From NCBI GenBank assembly GCA_003697105.1, contig RFFQ01000193.1, forward strand, positions 1-33,769: 33,769 nt of DNA, written 5' to 3'. Each line of letters starts with the position of its first letter. Within the stretch, counting starts at the first letter, position 1. Made by a program: the position numbers and the translations under genes. This document shows, piece after piece, positions 28,572 to 33,769 of the stretch. Source of the stretch: Gemmatimonadota bacterium (GTDB taxonomy: Bacteria; 4572-55; J002). Below the pieces are notes generated by a model. The model was not told the origin of the DNA, made no database searches, and was given only the letters and a program-made list of their open reading frames with translations.

Positions 28572-28721
28572 GAATCATCCCTCCTTTACGATGGATTGTG
28601 ATGAATGGTTCACCGAATCACAGATGATACTACGGATACACTAGAACACTATGGTCATTTCCGGTAAGACCCTTCGGATGTGGCTTAGTACCCATCTGAA
28701 GGGTCTGAAATTTCAGGGGTG

Positions 28722-29120
28722 TTATGCCACTTTCACACTAATCTTCTTCGCGATTGCCGGAGCCGCTTTCGGCATGGTTAAATGTAGCACCCCGTTTTTC
28801 AGCGTCGCTTCAATCTTTTCGCGATCCACGTCATCGGTCAAGGTGAAAGAGCGTTCATAATCACCGATTTCATATTCAGCGTATGCCAGCTCGTATCCTT
28901 CATGGGCGACCGGTTTAACCGTGCCATGAATCGTCAAGACATTTTTCTCCAAGGTAATGTCAATCGCGTCTTCGCTGACTCCCGGCATATCCGCCATCAC
29001 CACGTAGGTGTCATTTTTTTCTAGGATGTCAACAGCCGGAATAAATACTTTGCGCTGCATTTCATGGTTGCGTTCCATTTCGGGAGTTGCTTGATCGGTG
29101 GTTTTGACTTCCGTTGTCAT
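28722..29120 (-). CDS. Small heat shock protein (Hsp20)
   Basis: PAVDILE, ADMPGV, YERSFTL, LKNGVLHL; start at ATG 29120 after AAAGGAGG. Confidence 0.94.
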   Translation of the reverse strand: MTTEVKTTDQATPEMERNHEMQRKVFIPAVDILEKNDTYVVMADMPGVSEDAIDITLEKNVLTIHGTVKPVAHEGYELAYAEYEIGDYERSFTLTDDVDREKIEATLKNGVLHLTMPKAAPAIAKKISVKVA

Positions 29121-29160
29121 GGGTATCACCCTCCTTTATGCGGTTTTCGGTTTCAGGGAA

Positions 29161-29598
29161 TTAGGCAGATTTAATTTCGATTTTACGCGGTTTGTCGGCT
29201 TCCGCTCGGGGTAATGTGATGGTCAATACCCCATTTTTGAAGTGGGCTTCGACACCGTCAGAATCGATTTGATACGGCATCCGAACCAAACGGCTGAATT
29301 TACCGGTTTCGCGCTCACGACGATGGTATCGTTCATTTTCGTTTAGTTCAACCGGTTTGCGTTCCCCGGAGATTTTCAAAACGCCATCTTCCACGCTGAT
29401 GTCAATATCTGCCGGCTCAAAACCGGGTAGTTCACAAGTGACAATGACACTGTTTTCGTTGCTCCACACATTCACTGCCGGATAGCGATACCGCCGGTGA
29501 GAGACACTTCCCTCTCCAAAAATGCGGTTGAGATCACGTTGCAACCGGGAAACTTCCCGTAAGGTTTGCTGCAAGGGATTCAATTCATGAAGTAACAT
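29161..29598 (-). CDS. Small heat shock protein (Hsp20)
   Basis: YPAVNV, ELPG, HRRERETGKFSR, FKNGVLTITLPR. Confidence 0.95.
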   Translation of the reverse strand: MLLHELNPLQQTLREVSRLQRDLNRIFGEGSVSHRRYRYPAVNVWSNENSVIVTCELPGFEPADIDISVEDGVLKISGERKPVELNENERYHRRERETGKFSRLVRMPYQIDSDGVEAHFKNGVLTITLPRAEADKPRKIEIKSA

Positions 29599-29714
29599 GG
29601 GTCATTCCTCCTTTACAATTAGGGTTACACATGATTAAGGTTGATTTAAGGCGAATTTCATATTCCCTGATAAGGGCTACTTCCAATCACTCATCTGTTT
29701 GGTTTCCGTCTAAT

Positions 29715-29730
29715 CGCAATGCCAGTGCCA
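29715..29730 (-). promoter_or_regulatory. Sigma54 (-24/-12) promoter upstream of the hsp20 cluster
   Basis: Minus strand TGGCAC-TGGCA-TTGCG matches TGGCAC-N5-TTGC with exact spacing. Confidence 0.75.
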
Positions 29731-29748
29731 AAAATTTAACTTATTAAA

Positions 29749-29761
29749 TATCAGTAACTTA
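29749..29761 (+). promoter_or_regulatory. IHF-like binding site
   Basis: TATCAGTAACTTA fits WATCARNNNNTTR, in AT-rich DNA just upstream of the sigma54 site. Confidence 0.5.
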
Positions 29762-29910
29762 AGTGTTTTTTGTGCGGGGTTAGCTCTTGCCGAAATTTGT
29801 GTAAGACAACCTGACAACTTGATCTGTCAAGATGAAAGCGGCGTTTGCCAGATGATCAGGGGAGATGACCATCTGGCAGGATGGAAGGAATGATAGGCAA
29901 CCGGGGTAAA

Positions 29911-30651
29911 TTAAACGTTGATCTTTTTGAGGATAAATTCTGGGGTATGGCGAACGACAAGGAGAATCCACCACCAAAACCACGGGGTGTAGAGGGTGCC
30001 TTTTTTGGTACGGATGGCGCGGTCAATGTCCTTAGCGACCGTTTCGGGAGCGGCAAAAAGGAATCCTTTGGGCTTTCTGTGAGCGGTCATCGCGGTATCG
30101 ACAAAACCGGGTTTGATGGTCAACACCGTCACGCCGGCAGGTGCTAATCGGTAGCGTAGCCCTTCTAAGTACGTATTCAATCCGCCTTTGGAAGCACCGT
30201 AGATGTAGTTGACCCGCCGTCCCCGGTCACCTGCCACTGAGGAAATCACGGCGATAACACCTTGCCGTTTGGCTTCAAAATAATTGGCAAGCGGAGTCAA
30301 GAGTGAGACCACACTTAAAAAATTGGTGCGGAACACGGCTTCACACGCCGAATAGTCGTTTTCACACTGTTTTTGGTCGGGTAAAATACCGTGTGCGACC
30401 AGCACCCCATCTAACTCTCCTAATTTTGTGATGGCAGTCTGGATGATCGCCTCGTGCCGGTCAAAATCGTTCAAATCTGCCGTGATGGTCTCTACCACCG
30501 GAGCCCCCCGTGCCTTGAGGTCTGCTTGTAAGATATTCAGTTTTTCCGGGTTGCGGGCAACCAACACGAGCGAATCCCCAGCTTTTGCCCACAATCGGAC
30601 AGTGGCTTGGGCAATGTCTGAAGTTGCACCGATAATTAACATTTTTCGCAT
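29911..30651 (-). CDS. DprE2-like short-chain dehydrogenase
   Basis: GATSDIA, SSVAGDRGR, YGASK, KPGFVDT; directly downstream of the DprE1-like gene. Confidence 0.88.
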   Translation of the reverse strand: MRKMLIIGATSDIAQATVRLWAKAGDSLVLVARNPEKLNILQADLKARGAPVVETITADLNDFDRHEAIIQTAITKLGELDGVLVAHGILPDQKQCENDYSACEAVFRTNFLSVVSLLTPLANYFEAKRQGVIAVISSVAGDRGRRVNYIYGASKGGLNTYLEGLRYRLAPAGVTVLTIKPGFVDTAMTAHRKPKGFLFAAPETVAKDIDRAIRTKKGTLYTPWFWWWILLVVRHTPEFILKKINV

Positions 30652-30797
30652 AATTCATCCTAAAATATTCAGCAAATAAGTGAAGAAATGAGGGTTTTGC
30701 GAGGCGGTGCCCCAACGCCACCCTGTGGAACCCGGTAGTGTCTGCGGCGGATTTATCCGGTGTTTTTACACCTGTGCGGTAGCTTGCGGCGAATCCA

Positions 30798-32096
30798 TCA
30801 TTTGGTGACGCGCCGCCAAAAACTAGATGAGAATTTGGGGTCTATATGGGTTGCGAAATCTTCCCATTGGGGATAAAATGCCTGAAAATTCGTGGCAGAC
30901 ATCCGGGCATCTTTCGCCGGATAGACCGCGCCGTGATGGGCGCGGATAATATCATCAATCTGATCCAGTAAGTCAAATAGATTTCGCCGGATCGGGAAGT
31001 CCAGTGCTAAGGTGATTCCCTGTTGGGGAAAAGACATCATGCCCGCTGGCGGCACATCTCCAAACGTTTTAAGCACCGCCAAAAATGATCCCTGACCAGA
31101 TGCCGCAACCCGTTTGAAAATACCGGTGATAACTTGCGGGTCATCATCCGGCACCACAAATTGATATTGCAAAAAGCCGCGCTTGCCGTAAATCCGGTTC
31201 CACTGATTCACCGCATCCAGCGGAAAAAAAAACGGCTCGTAGTGGGTTGTTTTGGGTTTGACCCGTTGGCGTTGTTTGTGATAATACACGAAATTGAATG
31301 CTTTGATCGTTATGGGATTGAGTAACATATTCGGGGCATTTCCGGGCATACGTAATTTTGGTTTCTGGCGGGTGATGAGCGGCGCCGGCTCGTGTGAATG
31401 ATTCCCCCGCATAAAAATCCCGCGTCCCAGAGAGTTCCCGCTGGAAAGACAGTCAACCCATGCAACGGTGTACTCAAAATCGCGATCTGATTCGGCAGAA
31501 AGATCAAAAAATTCATCTAAATGGCGAAATTTGATCGATTCCATTTCGATCTGGGGGCTATAGATCGGTTTCAGTGTGATTTCCGCCCACAGGATGAGAC
31601 CGGTCAATCCTAAGCCGCCAATGGTTGCCCGGAAAAGCGCCGGATGGTGCTCCGGCGAGCAGACCCACCGCGAACCATCGGATCGCAAAAGCTCCAATTG
31701 GCGGACATAGCGCCCAAATGTGCCCGCACGGTGATGATTTTTGCCGTGCACATCGTTGGCAATTGCACCGCCAAGCGTAACAAATTTTGTTCCCGGTGTC
31801 ACGGGTAAAAACCAGCCGTGGGGGACAATTTGTTCCAGAATTTCCGCCAGTGAAACACCGGCTTCACAGCGCAAAATGCCCTGTTCCGCATCGAATAGCA
31901 AATAATGATCGAGGGGGGTTGTGAGGAGTAGTGTACCGCCTTCATTCAAGCAACTGTCCCCGTAACTTCGCCCCAAGCCATAAGGTAGTACCGTGCCAGC
32001 AATGGACTCCCAATCCACGGGATCGACTTGTGAGCGCACGGGATAGTATCGTTGCTGGGTTACCGGTGGGAAGCGTCCCCATGAATGATACGTCAT
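30798..32096 (-). CDS. DprE1-like FAD-linked oxidoreductase
   Basis: GLGRSYGD, PVTPGT..VTLGGAIANDVHGKNHH, GGLGLTG, FLQYQ, SFLAVLK, TLALDF, YPAKD. Confidence 0.9.
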   Translation of the reverse strand: MTYHSWGRFPPVTQQRYYPVRSQVDPVDWESIAGTVLPYGLGRSYGDSCLNEGGTLLLTTPLDHYLLFDAEQGILRCEAGVSLAEILEQIVPHGWFLPVTPGTKFVTLGGAIANDVHGKNHHRAGTFGRYVRQLELLRSDGSRWVCSPEHHPALFRATIGGLGLTGLILWAEITLKPIYSPQIEMESIKFRHLDEFFDLSAESDRDFEYTVAWVDCLSSGNSLGRGIFMRGNHSHEPAPLITRQKPKLRMPGNAPNMLLNPITIKAFNFVYYHKQRQRVKPKTTHYEPFFFPLDAVNQWNRIYGKRGFLQYQFVVPDDDPQVITGIFKRVAASGQGSFLAVLKTFGDVPPAGMMSFPQQGITLALDFPIRRNLFDLLDQIDDIIRAHHGAVYPAKDARMSATNFQAFYPQWEDFATHIDPKFSSSFWRRVTK

Positions 32097-33016
32097 AACG
32101 CGATGCGTACAATAAGGGTTTGGTTGTGGTGTTTTTGCAGGTCGATCACGCCGCCCAGCGGTAAGATGACATTATCGTGCGCATGACCAAACGGCAGAAA
32201 TCCGGCGACAGGGAGCCGGAATCGATCCGCTATCATGCGCAAAAAAGCGTGATCTGTAGGAGCTAGGGGGGTTTGTCCCCAAATTATGCCGTGCAAATGG
32301 TTTAATTGATTCGCTAATCGCAAGTGATGGAGCATCCGATCCAGTTTGTAGATGTGCTCATTCACATCTTCCAAAAAGAGGATTTTACCCCGTACATCGG
32401 GGAAAAACGGTGTGCCTAAAAGTGAGGTGAGCATCGCCAGATTTCCGCCGATTAACTGCCCGGAAATCCGGTCTGCCCGAAACAAATGCCCTGAGATTTC
32501 CATGTGGTAGGCGGTGCCCTCCACCAGCAATTTTTGGAAGGATTCGCGGGTGATTGTCGATACCTCAGACGTGGCGCGACCCCAATCGTGTTGAATCATG
32601 GGTCCATGGAACGTGGTAAAATCACATTGCTGATGAATTGCCAATAGCAGGGCGGTAATATCGCTGAAGCCCATCAGAATTTTGGGATGAGACCGAATCA
32701 GGTCATAATCAAGCTGGTCTAAAATCCGCAAGACGCCATGCCCGCCGCGCACACAAAAGATTGCTTCAATTTCCTCGTCTGCAAACATGGTGTGGAGGCT
32801 ATCGATCCGATCCGGGTCTGAGCCTGAAAATTCATAATTTTGGGAGAGGTTGCCCGGGATCAGCGGTGTTCGTTCTCCTAAATTTTTTGCAAAGCGGAAG
32901 GTAAAGTCACCCACTTGTCGCAGGCGGTCTAAGCCGTGTTGCAAGCGTTGGGGGTTGAACACCCCGGAGGGGGCAATCACACCGATGGTTGAGCCGGGTT
33001 GGAGCCGTGGTACCAT
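32093..33016 (-). CDS. S66 family LD-carboxypeptidase
   Basis: IAPSG, RGGHG, GFSDIT (Ser), HGPM, GGNL, LEDVNE (Glu), FGH (His). Confidence 0.9.
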   Translation of the reverse strand: MVPRLQPGSTIGVIAPSGVFNPQRLQHGLDRLRQVGDFTFRFAKNLGERTPLIPGNLSQNYEFSGSDPDRIDSLHTMFADEEIEAIFCVRGGHGVLRILDQLDYDLIRSHPKILMGFSDITALLLAIHQQCDFTTFHGPMIQHDWGRATSEVSTITRESFQKLLVEGTAYHMEISGHLFRADRISGQLIGGNLAMLTSLLGTPFFPDVRGKILFLEDVNEHIYKLDRMLHHLRLANQLNHLHGIIWGQTPLAPTDHAFLRMIADRFRLPVAGFLPFGHAHDNVILPLGGVIDLQKHHNQTLIVRIAL

Positions 33017-33021
33017 AGGTC

Positions 33022-33063
33022 AAAAAGGAAAGTGCTCAGGCGTTATGTCGCATGAGCACTTCC
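33022..33063 (-). terminator. Rho-independent terminator after glnS
   Basis: Minus strand GGAAGTGCTCA...TGAGCACTTTCC followed by TTTTT. Confidence 0.7.
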
Positions 33064-33085
33064 GGTTAAAGTTGTTTCAGCAAAA

Positions 33086-33769
33086 TTAGCCCTTATTTTT
33101 CATTTTCGCCCAGCTATCCTTGAGAGAGACCGTGCGGTTGAAGACCAACCGTTCTGGGGTGGAATCTTTGCTATCCAGACAAAAATAACCTTGTCGCAAA
33201 AATTGGTAAGGTGTTCCAGCGGTTGCTTCTGCTAAGCTCGGTTCCACCTTACAATTTTTGAGAACAACCAATGAGTTGGGGTTCAGGTTTTCTTTATAAT
33301 CGTGACCTTCGGGTACGTCCTCAGGGTTTTCGACCGCAAACAGATGATCATACAACCGGACTTCGGCATCCAGTGCGTGAGCGGCGGAGACCCAATGCAA
33401 TGTGCCTTTCACTTTTCGCCCGGCGATCCAGCCCCCGCGGGTTTCTGGGTCATAGGTGCAATGAATTTCCACAATTTTACCGGTCTCATCCTTGATCACA
33501 TCCGTGCAGGTCACATAATAAGCGTGTTTTAATCGTACTTCTTTACCCGGGGAGAGCCGGAAGTACTTTTTGGGGGGCGTTTCCATAAAGTCATCTTGTT
33601 CAATGTACAGCTCGCGGGAGAAGGGGATTTTTCGGCTGCCGGCGTTCTCATCTTCCGGGTTATTGATGGCGTCCATCTCTTCCACGCGGTCTTCCGGGTA
33701 ATTGGTGATGACCATTTTCAGCGGATTGAGTACCGCCATGACCCGGGTTGCCCGGGCATTCAAATCTTC
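33086..33769 (-). CDS. glnS: Glutamine-tRNA ligase, C-terminal anticodon-binding part (5' end outside window)
   Basis: [60 protein letters not shown]. Confidence 0.95.
   Translation of the reverse strand, partial: EDLNARATRVMAVLNPLKMVITNYPEDRVEEMDAINNPEDENAGSRKIPFSRELYIEQDDFMETPPKKYFRLSPGKEVRLKHAYYVTCTDVIKDETGKIVEIHCTYDPETRGGWIAGRKVKGTLHWVSAAHALDAEVRLYDHLFAVENPEDVPEGHDYKENLNPNSLVVLKNCKVEPSLAEATAGTPYQFLRQGYFCLDSKDSTPERLVFNRTVSLKDSWAKMKNKG

Noticed and set aside
30652-30797. Riboswitch or ncRNA between the DprE1-like and SDR genes (also 10754-10897)
   Set aside because: Only short hairpins; no Rfam-like consensus that I can recognise

Overview
Bacterial chromosomal window, probably from an uncultured FCB-adjacent lineage (inferred from two secreted proteins with NYPNPFNP/FlgD-type C-terminal domains; the taxon cannot be fixed from sequence alone). 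Most of it is housekeeping or metabolic: proline dehydrogenase, sdhCAB, tRNA-Leu, coaD, M20 dipeptidase, purB, a Gfo/Idh/MocA dehydrogenase, rsmA, folD, dam, fahA, a K+ channel, three Hsp20 genes, DprE1/DprE2-like genes, an LD-carboxypeptidase and the 3' part of glnS. The standout is a tightly coupled five-gene + strand operon (22110-27923) encoding a Zn-ribbon P-loop GTPase, a divergent FGE/SUMF1-fold protein, two HEAT-repeat proteins sharing a C-terminal Cys-rich domain I do not recognise, and a GAP1-N2-like protein. It resembles a variant of the GTPase-centred ternary conflict systems. Also notable: a tRNA-Leu with the rare bacterial anticodon AAG, a DUF2809 gene split at a T7 slippery site, a CesT/YbjN-peptidase-PspA-TPR cluster, and a sigma54/IHF/enhancer-like promoter ahead of the Hsp20 triplet. 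All family calls come from motif recognition by eye; no searches were run.
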